The notes beneath the pieces are model-generated. The model ran no database searches, was not told the origin of the DNA, and saw nothing but the letters and a program-made list of their open reading frames with translations. Positions 29,541 through 42,043 of a stretch of 64,000 bases of DNA are shown here, one piece after another. Where the stretch lies: assembly GCA_951406725.2 (NCBI GenBank), contig OX597819.1:116188001-116252000 (forward strand). Reading direction: 5' to 3'. The position numbers and the translations under genes were made by a program. Numbering within the stretch: position 1 is the first letter of the stretch; the number at the start of each line of letters is the position of its first letter. The stretch comes from Octopus vulgaris. Lineage: Eukaryota.

Positions 29541-29707
29541 TCTGATGGGGATAGCATTAGTTCTTAAAGATTGTTCAATTTATCTTAAGCCATCAATGGA
29601 CCGATTGAGTAATCCTACAATGAAAGAACGTACAATGTCTATTGGAAAGAGCTGTAAGTCGTATTTACTGCAATAAAGAATATGTAATGACCATTAGTAC
29701 ACCTTAT

Positions 29708-29754
<47 letters not shown>

Positions 29755-29757
<3 letters not shown>

Positions 29758-30518
29758 TGAGAAAGTTGGTGTGTGAAACCACGTGGTTGAATATATAGAA
29801 AATAGTAAAAGGTGAAAAAACTACAGAAGGCTTGTTTTAAAATGTTAAAAAATATATATTTGAGTCATTATGTCAGAAGAATGTTATAATTTTTTTTCAT
29901 ACAATGACATAGTTTTTGAAGAAATGACCGGTTTCGCGTTCAGCTTTTCAAATTTCTTACATCGTTATGTTTTCGTCGAGAAGTGTCTATCACTCAGACG
30001 TAGATGCACACTGCATCGACAACAGATTGCATTCCCAGAATACAGAATGATACCCTTTAGTGAGCACATGGAGAAATGCGCAAAGCAACTACTACCACAA
30101 TTTTTAATCTTTCCATTTTATTAATGTGCTATCGGAACACCAACACAAATTAGACTAAACAAGGAAACATTCGTCATTGAAAAATACAAGCCCAAACTTA
30201 ACCATTCCAACATTCTTATACAGAGAAACTCATCCCCCAAAAAGGCAAGAAATATTAAGCGAATATCCCCCTTACACCGGAAGAAATCACTTATTACCTC
30301 CCCTTACCTGGAACTCCTCTTTACACTTCTCAACGAAAAGATAATGATGTAAGAAATTTGAAAAGCTGAACGCGAAACCGGTCGTTTCTTCAAAAACTAT
30401 GTCATTGTATGAAAAAAATGTATAACATTCTTCTGACATAATGACTCAAATATATATTTTTTAGCCTTTTAAAACAAGCCTTCTGTAGTTTTTTCACTTT
30501 TTACTATTTTATATATAT
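29755..30518 (+). mobile_element. 5'-truncated Penelope-like element with inverted pLTR and GIY-YIG C-terminus
   Basis: Inverted arms ~29791-29986 and ~30323-30518; spacer encodes LRRRCTLHRQQI..SEH..C..FLIFPFY*..RLNKETFVIEKYKPKLN (PLE GIY-YIG end, R..KE..I...KPxLN); GAAACCGGTC HHR half in both arms; flanked by (TA)n. Confidence 0.88.
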
Positions 30519-30521
30519 ATT

Positions 30522-30848
30522 ATATAAAATCCGTTCTGTCTGTCTGTGTGTGTGTCTTCTAAGATCTCGAGCATACTCCATTCGATTGCGCTCAAATTTG
30601 ATCTGTAGATACCGACTTGGAAAAATTACAAATATGGATTTCAGGTGAGAATGCGAGCAATGAAACTGTGGGAATGTGCATTTGTACGCGCAAGTACATC
30701 AGTCGAAATCTGTCTTTTGCTTGTGTGTCAAATTTAGGTCAAATCAGAGTTTCTCAAAGGGGAGGCATATGGGACGGTCGGACAAGTTGTTTTGAGAAAA
30801 TTTGGTTTAAATGTTTGACAACTCCATTGGACGTGGGGCATTTTACTC

Positions 30849-30851
<3 letters not shown>
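30522..30851 (+). mobile_element. Non-autonomous Helitron-like element (tentative)
   Basis: Starts ATATAAAA..(TCTG)n, ends CTCGT (CTAGT-like) next to TA. Confidence 0.4.
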
Positions 30852-30898
<47 letters not shown>

Positions 30899-30912
30899 CA
30901 CACACACACACA

Positions 30913-30969
<57 letters not shown>

Positions 30970-30970
30970 T

Positions 30971-32330
30971 CAGAATTGGCCATAATAGATGACTCACTGA
31001 TTTATAAACAAAACTTCATCCTAATGATGGTATTTTTAATCACTAGTCCGTCGTTCAAGTCTGTTTCTTATCCCTCAGTGCACTAAGTGTTATCGTGTTT
31101 TCTACCTGATTACTGAGCCCTGATTGGCTGATGGGCTCTGATTGACTGCTCCGGTCTCTAATGAGTTGTCACTAAAATATCTTATGACACCTTGTTCTTG
31201 GTAATCATTTTCCTCTTCTTATAAATGCCTGGTAGAAGAATTTCGTCAAAAGTAATGCTCAAATACAATCTTTTTACGAATAAGGATACTGCACTTAATA
31301 AATCGGCGAAAGATTGAAATTAGGACAGAGAACTGTTTCAAGGTCAATAAAGAATCGAAATCTGCTGGTAAATATCAATTAAGCAGGCCTATGGGACGCC
31401 TCACAACTACCATCATGCGAATTGACGATGCTATTATTGTAGCCGCCAAAATATCCTCCATAAAATCTTTCGAAGTTGTTCAATCTGATCTACTGCAAGA
31501 AGACAAGATCCCTAGCCAAAGGACAATTCGTAGATATTTATTTGATCCCAGCCTTAAGTCCTACAAACCTTCAAGGAAACCAAGGTTCACCTCGAAAAAT
31601 ATTTCTGGTCGTTTGGCGTTTTGCCAAAAGTATAAAAATTGGTCAGTCGAATAATGGAAATAAGTTATCTTTTCAGATGAAACTAAGGTGTCACAATTTT
31701 ATGCGTTTTGCAGACATGTGGGATGACCTCTAAATTGAAGGAACTATTCTCGCTGCATTATCCCAAGTGTTAAGAATGCTCTAAAAGTTATGGTGTGGGA
31801 AACCTTTGTGCTGGTGGAAGATGCGGACTGTGGTTTCTGCCTGAAGGTGTAACCATCAAGGGAACTAATTACCTTGAAATTCTGCAAACGAAAGTTCCAC
31901 CATTTATAAAAATCAAGCGGTGTACGCACTTCCAGCGTGATAGAGCGTCATGCCATCACACAAGAACAGTAAAACAGTGGCTAAGCAATCCTTGGTAAGA
32001 TCTGTTGGATCCATGGCCAGGAAACTCGACGGATCTCAAACGAATAGAGTATTGTTCGGTTATTCTGAAACAGAACGTAACAGCTTATCCCCCAACATCA
32101 TTATCCGAGTAGTGAAGTGCTATCAAATAAATCTGGACAGTGGATATAACACCTGATTTGTGCGAAAAAAATTGTGCTTATCAATGTCCAAATATGTAAG
32201 CACCGTTTGATGTTAAATCAGACTTTTGGAAAGATGTTAATTTCTTACAGATTAAATAGTATTTTTGTCGGAAATATTCGGTCTCTTACTTATAAAGTTA
32301 AAAAAATATAGGGAGTCATCCATTCTGGCC
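30971..32330 (+). mobile_element. Tc1-like DNA transposon, decayed transposase (~31225-32210)
   Basis: SQRTIRRYL, KPSRKPRF, W*WNKVIFSDET, VMVW, FQRDRASCH, WPGNSTDLKRIE; TIRs GGCCATAATAGATGACTC (30978-30995) and GAGTCATCCATTCTGGCC (32313-32330). Confidence 0.92.
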
Positions 32331-32399
32331 TTTGCCGATCCGCAAAGTTGCGGGAACGCAAACACACTAACATCTGTTGTCAAACAGTGGTGATGACCG

Positions 32400-32596
32400 C
32401 GTGTGTACCGTTGGCGAATTTTTCCTCTGTCTTTCCTTCTCTGGATCTTTCCTTCTCCTATGTTTCCGTCGAAGAGCTCCGCTCGAAAGGGTAAACCATC
32501 CTTCTTTCCTTCTTTCCTGAGTGTTCAATAATACTATATTTGTTCCACGTCCTCGCGTTGTTGTGTTTTTTTTGTGCTTTCTTGTTTGGATTAACT
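32400..32596 (+). mobile_element. Short PLE-pLTR-like element with HHR-like motif
   Basis: GTTT-CCGTCGA-A-GAGC-TCC-GCTC-GAAA-GGG-TA-AAC at 32462-32496; T-rich tail into (TA)n. Confidence 0.6.
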
Positions 32597-34257
32597 ATAT
32601 ATATATATATATATATATATACGTGTGTGTGTATGTCTTGTCTGTGTGTATACATATATGCCTGTGCGTGTTTGTGTATATATATATATATATTACATGT
32701 ATACATTTGTATTTTGTTCTACAAGTATTACATTTTAGCAATGTTAATATATTTGAATAAATATTAGTCCATTTTAATGAACATATTTGAATGCAAAATA
32801 CTCAAGAAATGAAAATACAGAGGCAATGGTTAACGAAGTAAAACCTGAAGCATACGCAAACAAAATTCTTAGAGTTTCTAAAAACTGATAACACGAAATA
32901 AAACCTAAGATCTGAGACTTAATAACATTATGTATTAAAAGAGAGAATACCTACAACGTACATATATGTAACGATAAGTATAAGATTGTTTTGTCTAAGA
33001 AATGAGATTCACAATTGTCTGTAGGGGAATACGAAACTGAGAGAGAATGGTAACATTTATATGTTCCCCTCTGTCTCAGTGAAGCAGATTTCCTTATCTC
33101 TGTTTCTATTTGGCTTTCATTTCCAGAACTCAAATGTTACACTCATTTCAAGGTTTTTTATAATAGGATTCGGGAACACACGGAAGAAAGCTATATACGT
33201 GTGTGTATTGTGTCAGTTCCTCGAAATCTAGTGTGTGTTTGTGCATGCACGTGTTTTCCTGTATGTGTGTATTTGTTTTCCTGTATGTGTGTGTGTATTT
33301 ATGTATTGTGTTTGTCTAAATGTGTGTACGCCTTGTTCATGTTTCCTCTCTGTGTGTCTACACTTTTGAACTTCTGTCAGCATGTCTGTGATTGATATGT
33401 ATGTATCCTGTTTGTGCCTACACCTTACGTTTGTAAAAGCGTGTGAGTATACCTCATTCCGTGTGTAGATTTATGTATTTGTATGCGTTGGCATTACATT
33501 TTATTCTCGCTTTTCCATGCATTGAAAACAATTATTTTTGTCCATTTTGATAAAATAAGGAACAAAATTGTTTCGTTTTCAGGGTTTAGAGCCCTAAAAT
33601 TTAATGGAGATGGTTTTGACAGAAAATGTGTTTTAGGGGACATTAGTTGAAACATTATGTAGCTAAAGTGGATCATTTGCTTTTCAAAATTCACAGGAAT
33701 AAATGTTCTGAATATTAATAGCATATAAATTATGTTTGTGTCGTTGCCTATTTGAATTTAATATAAATGTGTTTGTTTCATAATGTTCTGATACATCGAC
33801 ACCACCCCTACCAAAAAACGAAAAAAAAAATCATTGCAAAAAAATAATATTGCAGCCTTTAATGTAAGACAAATATGAACATATTGTGTTCAACTTAAAT
33901 GCTTTAATACGCCAAAGAAATGGCCCATCAGTGTAATTTGCTTCGGTAAATTCCATGAGCAATACTCAAGAAAAACAACAATAAAAACAAAAATAATACA
34001 GGCAATAACAATATTAATTATTTCAAATTTTGGCACACTCCCAGCAAATTTTGAAGGAAGGGATTAATCGATATCATCGACCACAGTACTTGACTGCTAT
34101 TTTATTTTATCGATCCCAAAAGGATGAAAGTTGACCTCGACGGAATTTGAGCTCAGAATATAAATATTAGGAAGAAATACCTTCTGACAGTTTATCCGAT
34201 GATCGAACATGTCTGCATTTCCAATAAAATAAATTAAACAATAACAATAATAATAAT

Positions 34258-34635
34258 AACAACAGCATTCAAAGAGCGCAAGCCTCCGCCAAGGTAACAC
34301 CAACTTCCACTCAACGATTAGACGGAGATGTTTTTTTTTTTAATGAGAATACCTGAAATAAACTCGACTACTCTCACAAACGAGAAACTAACAATGAACC
34401 CGACCGCTCTCAAAAATTAAGTGAAAAAAAAAAACGGAAAAATAATCCAGAATCCTTGTCCGCTACCGGATCGATCCCCAAATCTAATCCGTTCGTGTCA
34501 GTCACGAAGCAAAATATTCCTGAAAGTTTCCTTTGAATCCATCGAGCGGTTTTTGTGATATCTTGTCCACGGACAAACAAGCAAAAACAAATACAACTAA
34601 AAACAATACCTCCGCCTTCGCTATGGCGGAGATAA
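34258..34635 (+). mobile_element. Helentron-associated non-autonomous element (HINE-like)
   Basis: CCTCCGCC near both ends, 3' hairpin CTCCGCC-TTCGCTAT-GGCGGAG, subterminal ACAAACAA tract. Confidence 0.6.
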
Positions 34636-34873
34636 TAATTACAAATTTTGGCACAAGTCCAGCAAGTTCAGGAAAGTGGGTTAATCGATTACATCGAACC
34701 CTGTATTTAGCTGTGTGTGTTGGTGTATTCCATACAGTATTATCTTGTTCAGAATATTTAACATTGATAATGTTTTAATATTCCAAACACCCATTTTGTG
34801 CCAGTCGAATCTAGTTCTGAATGCGGATTACTTAATCGGGGGTCAACAAATATTAATACGTATGGTTATGAGA

Positions 34874-35022
34874 TTCAAAGATAACAAACCTTCTTATATT
34901 TCATGAAATATTTTGCCTAATCCACGAATACACTTATCCACTTATTAATTATTTCAAAGATAACAAACCTTCTTATATTTCATGAAATATTTTGCCTAAT
35001 CCACGAATACACTTATCCACTT
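34874..35022. repeat. 70-bp tandem duplication
   Basis: 34874-34943 equals 34953-35022, with a 9-bp spacer. Confidence 0.93.
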
Positions 35023-35389
35023 TACCTTACACGATGTTTTGGTTGACATCAATGTTCAAAAACGACCCAGAGCTAGATACTAGCAAGCCAGTCCTACTTC
35101 GTCGAGATATGTTTGCGCACACATAGATATGTATATAAATTTTCATGTATTGATAATTTTTTAAAATTGATTTATAAATTTAATATATATTGTTTGTCTG
35201 ACTATCTGTCTGTCTGCCTGTTTCTATCTATCTATATCTATATATGCATATATATATGTATATGTGTGCGTATATATGCATGTATATATACATATATATG
35301 TAGGTATGTACATATATGTATGTATATATGCATATATTTATATATTATTTATATTATTATATGATCGAACACCACGCATCCTTTTCCAA

Positions 35390-35423
<34 letters not shown>

Positions 35424-35479
35424 ATAGATGGAAAGATAGATAGAGAGAGAGACAGAATGAGTGAGTGAGAGAGACAGAG

Positions 35480-35517
<38 letters not shown>

Positions 35518-36124
35518 AGCTTGCTCCGATTCTAACCCTGACAGCTTCTTGTCAGATATGCTTTTCCGTGCGTGAGTATGTAACTGGCATTTGATTCCGA
35601 AGAAAAGTCTGAAATTTGCATGACACAGAGTGCAGATATGTCTCGCCTCAAGTGACAGTGATATTTGCCTTTTCTGATTTGTGAATAGTAAACGTCAGTT
35701 TAGACCAATCTGGGATTTACATGTCATATAAGGAAACCCCGCAGAATTTATATGTCATGCGAATGTATCAGCTTCAATAAACCTCGTGTCATTTGAGCCA
35801 GCTGCATGATGAGTTGTGAAATGTCAAGTTAAGCCAGGCTTAGATAGGCAAGTCTTACTACACACACTCACACCCACGCATACACACGTACATACCCGCA
35901 CACACACACATACATACATACATACATACACACATACATACATACATACATACATACATACATACATACATACATACATACATACATAAATACATACATA
36001 CATATATATATATCTATTATACGGTTGAGATGGTATTGACGGTTAAAATAAACTGTTACTTTTGCCTCAATATCGTTGACGTGCGTAATCACTGTTGATA
36101 TAGTTGTACATTTGTAATTACGTA

Positions 36125-36835
36125 TAAACCCTTAATCCTTAAAAATGTTTCAGCCCGAAAACTGCGGCCATGCTGGGGCACCACCGTTGAATATGCTACA
36201 CTAGTATGTGAAACCACCTCTGATACGTGGCACTTGGTCAACAAGAGAGTTGAACGCCGTTACTCGCATCTGTTTCTTGCAGAGAGGTAGGAAGAGATCC
36301 AGTTTAGTTTTAAAGAAACCCACATCCATACCATGCATGTCTCTCAGTCATTTAAGAAGGATATTGGAGATCTCTGGTCCCCTGAAACCCAAGCTGTTCC
36401 AGTATCTGATCCTCTATTTTGATGGTGATGTTGGGATCTTTGGCATCATGCACTAGCGCCCCGTTCTGCTGTTGGGGTAACTTTCAATGCCAACATTCGG
36501 GACAAGGCCCTCCAGGATTTTCCAGATGCATATCAATTTCCCATTAGCTTATATGTTGCATTGAGACAATCTTAGTGTAGCTTCGGTGGATTGCTTCGAC
36601 TTCTGCTGTTAACTTTATATTGTGTGGTGACCATAGTTGGGAGCAGTAGTCCAAGCGGCTGAGGACGAATGTCTTCCAAAGGACCATTAGTGACTCCTTC
36701 TCTATTGTTCTGAAACTTCAGAGGATCCATCCAGCTAGCCGTCTGCATTTTATTACCAAATTGGCAATATGCATTTAGAAAGATGCATCATTGCTCATGT
36801 CAATGCCCAACTCACGCACTGATCTTGACTCAGGA
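36125..36835 (-). mobile_element. CR1/L2-group LINE 3' fragment with 3' tail
   Basis: SRLDYCSQLWSPHNIKLTAEVEAIHRSYTK, IWKILEGLVPN, FFKTKLDLFL on the minus strand. Confidence 0.85.
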
Positions 36836-36869
36836 ATTGCAATATGTGTGTGTGTTGTGTGTGTGTTGT

Positions 36870-36922
<53 letters not shown>

Positions 36923-37814
36923 CGTGTGTGTGTATTGGTCAGAGAATATTTACGAAAATATTTTAGTAGGTGTCTAAGAAATTTTAATATTTTACGGATT
37001 GTGAAGTTTGTGATATTTCAGGATATATAAAAACTGTTTCAATGAGAGTTTCAAAAGGTTTTATATTGCTTTTAGAACTTGTAAAACGGTGTATTTAGCA
37101 ACTCAGTATACGTCTTCATAGATTCAATTAATGCTGTAACATAATTCCGTCAATGTTTTACATTTATGTGTGTAGTCGGTTCTGTTTAATTCTCCTTATA
37201 CTGATTGGTTGTCCCATTAAAACATCTTTCATGTAAAGAAAAAGTTAGTTTGTGCTAAAAATATATTTTAATCAAATTCGCAATAACATTGTTAGGGTGA
37301 ATGAATAATTTGTGAATGTATTGAAGGATGGTATATTTAATTTGTGTTGATATATGTCAGGAATAACTATGCTATAAACTGCATCAGAAAAGTTGACGGA
37401 AGATTAGTTTTAAATGTATTAAATGCAAATTTTTATTGAAAAAAAAATGTGGAGGTTCTTACAGCCTGGTTGTTAAAATATATACTTCTAAGTCGTAATC
37501 ATGGTATAACGCCCCCGCTCAGAAATTGACTGTATTTTTGCCAGATGTATATCTTACAGAAAACGCTGACATTTATAGATGTATTAAAAACAAGTAGATA
37601 TTTGGAAAAAAATATTCAGTTCCCGCAAATTGGTAGTTTGTTATCTCTAATTTGTCATCTCAATATGATCATCCAAAGAATCACAGGAATGTCACGCAGG
37701 ACATTGCAAATATGCAATTCAATAATATTCCTGGTGGCAGTCGAGCATTCTGAAACCAATCGTACTTGCGTCGAAGAACATATTTTTCTCTCTTAATAGC
37801 TTAATTTTTTTTCT

Positions 37815-38285
37815 GCCTTTAACCCTCCAGCGCGGAGTATAGGCCACTTATAATTGATTTCCATGTCGGAAAATTTTTCGCTTCTGTACATATACTCTGC
37901 CATGAATATCCTCCTTTCTCTAGTTCCCTTTTGTGTTGATCTACGCCAAAAGTTCTTAGACCTACCTTTCTATATCCATCCAAATTCCACTGTAAAGCAC
38001 TTTTCGCTACGTTTAGTGTGTTTTTCTAATTGTGCTACCAATCCACTTCCACTTTTTCTTAAAGATTTTCTCCCTAATCGAAACTTGATTTGTTCTTTGC
38101 CATAGCTCCATATTGCTTATGTGTTCGGGCCATCTAATTTTAAGTATACTACGCAAGCATCTGTTGATGAATGATTGCATTTGCTTATTTGACTTAACTG
38201 TTGTTCGCCATGTCTCAGCCCCATACAGTAACACCGCTTTTACGTTAGTGTTAGAAATTCTTATTTTGTTCTTTATTAATTACGA
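37815..38285 (-). mobile_element. RTE-class LINE 3' fragment
   Basis: LLYGAETW...FINRCLRSILKIRWPEHISNMELWQRTNQ...KWKWIG. Confidence 0.92.
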
Positions 38286-39788
38286 AAACACTGATAGTTT
38301 TATTTTACAAGGCAATATATTTTAAGCTTGTAATATAATCACAGTGTGTATGCTCTTAATAAACGTGATTAATTGCACTTCGTTAAGAACAGCCATAAGG
38401 TGATTATAAAGTATTAATCTTTTATAATAACGAGAAACAGTATTGGCAGGTTCTTTTAGTCTTTCTATCCTCAACTAGAGTATTACTGAATTATTATTAT
38501 TATTAAGAGTTAAATGCGCTTTAAGCTTGATACGAGAAACTATTGTGTCTAATGTTACTTGTACGCTGATCCTAATTGACTTAAACGTTTTCTCCGCTAA
38601 AACAAACTTGTTTCTAATTCAATAATACTAATGTTCAATAAATAAAGAAAATTACTCTCTTAACAGCTACTGTTTTATACACATAAATGCTATTGATAGG
38701 ACTCCGTTCTAAACAAATAAACAACTATTTCCTTCAACTGTGCATGTTTTATTTCCATATCTCTGTACACTTTAACATATATGAAGACACTTTGCTTAGA
38801 ATTAAGAAGCAATTTTAAACATAACATATTGACTCCCAGGTTGTTTTGTCACGTGTTAAAATACATTTACACACATATTTTTACTGACCACTGAAGAATA
38901 CATTTATACATCCACCTTTCACAAATGAATATATTTATTCACACATATTTCACTAAACAAATGCTGCAATAAATAATGTTATCTGAAGATTTACAAGTTA
39001 TTCTTTTATTTAGGTGTATTTCCGTATGTTTTTAAGATTTTATTTTCCAAAATACCATAAATTTCAGTGGCCTTAAATCGATACGTTCAGATTGTACTTA
39101 ATACATTTGTATTTCTTTAAGCATAATAAATTCACTGTTTTTCGAAACCAATATCCCAAACTTATCTCACTTTCACACATCCATCACGGAATAAATTCTC
39201 TATAGATTAAAATTTTACATGTAAAAGTTCTTTTAAATTGCAACGGTAGCTATTGATCATATGTTTTACTTAAAATTTAATAATCAAAAGAAAATTTATT
39301 CTTTTACATTATTCACACACAGGCACACAGACTCACACACAGACACACACAGACACTCACACACGCACAAATACACGCACACATACACACACGCACACAC
39401 ATACTCACACTCAAACACAGACACACACACACGCAGACACTCGCACACACATATATACAAACAGTATAAATTTAAAGTATGTCTCGAAGATAACACTGGT
39501 TTCCCTTCGTTGGTTCATAGAACTAATAACGGTAATCGTAAATTTGCGGAAATCTTATTTCCATTCCTATTTTGTCAGGTTGTTCCAGGTTACACACACA
39601 CACACACACACACACATACACACACACACACACATATATATACATATATATATATATGAATGATAATGACAGATAGAAGTGCACACACATGCATATAAAC
39701 ATATATACATATGCAGAAATATATATATATATGTGTATGTACATAGTTGTGCATGTATATGTATATACAAACACACACAGACACACAG

Positions 39789-39826
<38 letters not shown>

Positions 39827-39873
39827 TTATGTATATATATATATATATGTATGTATATATATAAATTTATATA

Positions 39874-39906
<33 letters not shown>

Positions 39907-40749
39907 GTATATACATATATATGTGTGTGTATGTGTTTGCGTGTGTCTGTGTGCGTGTGTGCATGTAACGTATAATATAATCGATTCGAAAGATGCCTGA
40001 TCACGATAAAAACAAAAGTGTTATACAAATTTTCCCTCGTATGTTAAATGTATATAATTTTATGTCTAAATATTTTTACTTTCAGTGTATTTCTTGAAAT
40101 AATCGTAAAGAATAATATTTTTCCTGAGATTAATAATCATGTATTCTGTTATTCTTATCAATTCTTTCGTTTATTTCCTTTTCTTGGCGAGTTTCATGAA
40201 ATATCTTGAGTATTACCACTAATACTGGCATATATATCCACTTCGTAAACCAATTGAATGATTAATTAAACTTAAAATATTTATCAATATACATTTTTTT
40301 TTTGCTATCGTTTAAAAGAAAAGCTGACTTTTCATCTCAGAATTCTTTTAGAACTTTACTACTTTGAAAAATATAGACCAGGAATTTAAAGAAAAATAAA
40401 ACAAGTCTCCTCATTAGACGTTCTATTCAAAATAGTGTAAATTTTATTTTAAATCATCAGTTTTAAATAATTTTACATACGTCGATACTAATGAAAGTAA
40501 TCTTTGAATGAAATAAAAAAAAAAACATCGTCTCTCATAAATAAGCTTACCATCGTAGTATATAATCAAATTTGAACCAGCTACACTGGACAACAAAATG
40601 AATATTTTTATTCTTAGAGCTGTTTTAGACTAATGATTGGGTGCTGATTTCAAAACCGACCTCAGATTTGTTCTATCACATAGCATTTATGTACTATCGG
40701 TATATCCATCAGTATATGCCTTTATTTAGCTGGATTATACAAAGCCTTT

Positions 40750-41000
40750 GCTATCGAATCTCAGACCGGGCGATGTATGTGTTCATGAGCTCCATGTGGC
40801 TCCGGAAGAAGGTAACGGTGAACTTCTGCTGACAGTTTCGCTACAACTTTCTCTCACTCTTTCCTCCTGCATTTTGCAGCTCACCTGCGACGGACCGGCG
40901 TCCCGTCCAGGTGGTGCCAAGGAAAATGGTGGTGCCAATACGCCACGGAAACCGGGGAACCGGCCTTTATGAACCAGGCGTGGCTCGGGAAGGAACACAC
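40750..41000 (+). mobile_element. SINE family C, tail type 2, 5'-truncated
   Basis: 13-bp TSD ATACAAAGCCTTT at 40737-40749 and 41001-41013. Confidence 0.88.
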
Positions 41001-41028
41001 ATACAAAGCCTTTACACCACTATTTGCG

Positions 41029-41389
41029 TGGAGGCGCAATGGCCTAGTGGTTAGGGCAGCGGACTCGCGGTCATGGGATCGCGGTTTCGATTCCCAGACC
41101 GGGCGTTGTGAGTGTTTATTGAGCGAAAACACCTAAAGCTCCACGAGGCTCCGGCAGGGGATGGTGGTGATCCCTGCTGTACTCTTTCACCACAACTTTC
41201 TCTCACTCTTACTTCCTGTTTCTGTTGGTCCTGTATTTCAAAGGGCCGGCCTTGTCACTCTCTGTGTCACGCTGAATATCCCCGAGAACTACGTGCTCAG
41301 CCACTAACACGTTAATTTCACGAGCAGGCTGTTCCGTTGATTCGGATCAACCGGAACCCTCATCGTCGTAACCGACGGAGTGCTTCCAG
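41029..41389 (+). mobile_element. SINE family C, tail type 1
   Basis: A and B boxes; 11-bp TSD CACTATTTGCG at 41018-41028 and 41390-41400. Confidence 0.95.
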
Positions 41390-41811
41390 CACTATTTGCG
41401 AGAATTTTAGCTGGATTGTCATGCTAATTTTGACTACGTTAAAACAGAGTGTTGCTTTAAATCCATTGCTCTTCTGTTCGGGTGTGAACTGAACCACTGT
41501 GATCGAGTTAAGGATTAAACATCAAACAGAAGGTAGTGTTATAATGATAATGATATCTTCTGTTACATCTGTGGAAACTTCACTCCAGAGGCTCAAAGGT
41601 GCAACATTTATAACTTGCCAAGTAGGTCTTGCTTGCATTAAAATAGAACTTGGAGACCAGGACAAAACCTGGGCTCCCCACAAAGTTTGCAAAACCTATG
41701 TTGTGATAATGACCTTTGCGATCATGGTCACAAAGAAAGAATGCGAAGCTTAAGTTTAGTGTGCCAATGGTTTGGAGAGAACCAGCAGACTATGTGTATA
41801 AGACTATGTTT

Positions 41812-42043
41812 AAGGCGGCGAGCTGGCAGAAACGTTAGCACGCCGGGCGAAATGCGTAGCCGTATTTCGTCTGTCGTTACGTTCCTAGTTCAAATTCCGC
41901 CGAGGTCGACTTTGCCTTTCATCCTTTCGGGTCGATAAATTAAGTACCAGTTACGCACTGGGGTCGATGTAATCGACTTAATCCGTTTGTCTGCCCTTGT
42001 TTGTCCCCTCTGTGTTTAGCCCCTTGTGGGTAGTAAAGAAATA
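41812..42043 (+). mobile_element. SINE family A inserted in the transposase
   Basis: Splits PMVWREP from CYFC; ATGTGTATAA repeated at 41792-41801 and 42045-42054. Confidence 0.93.
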
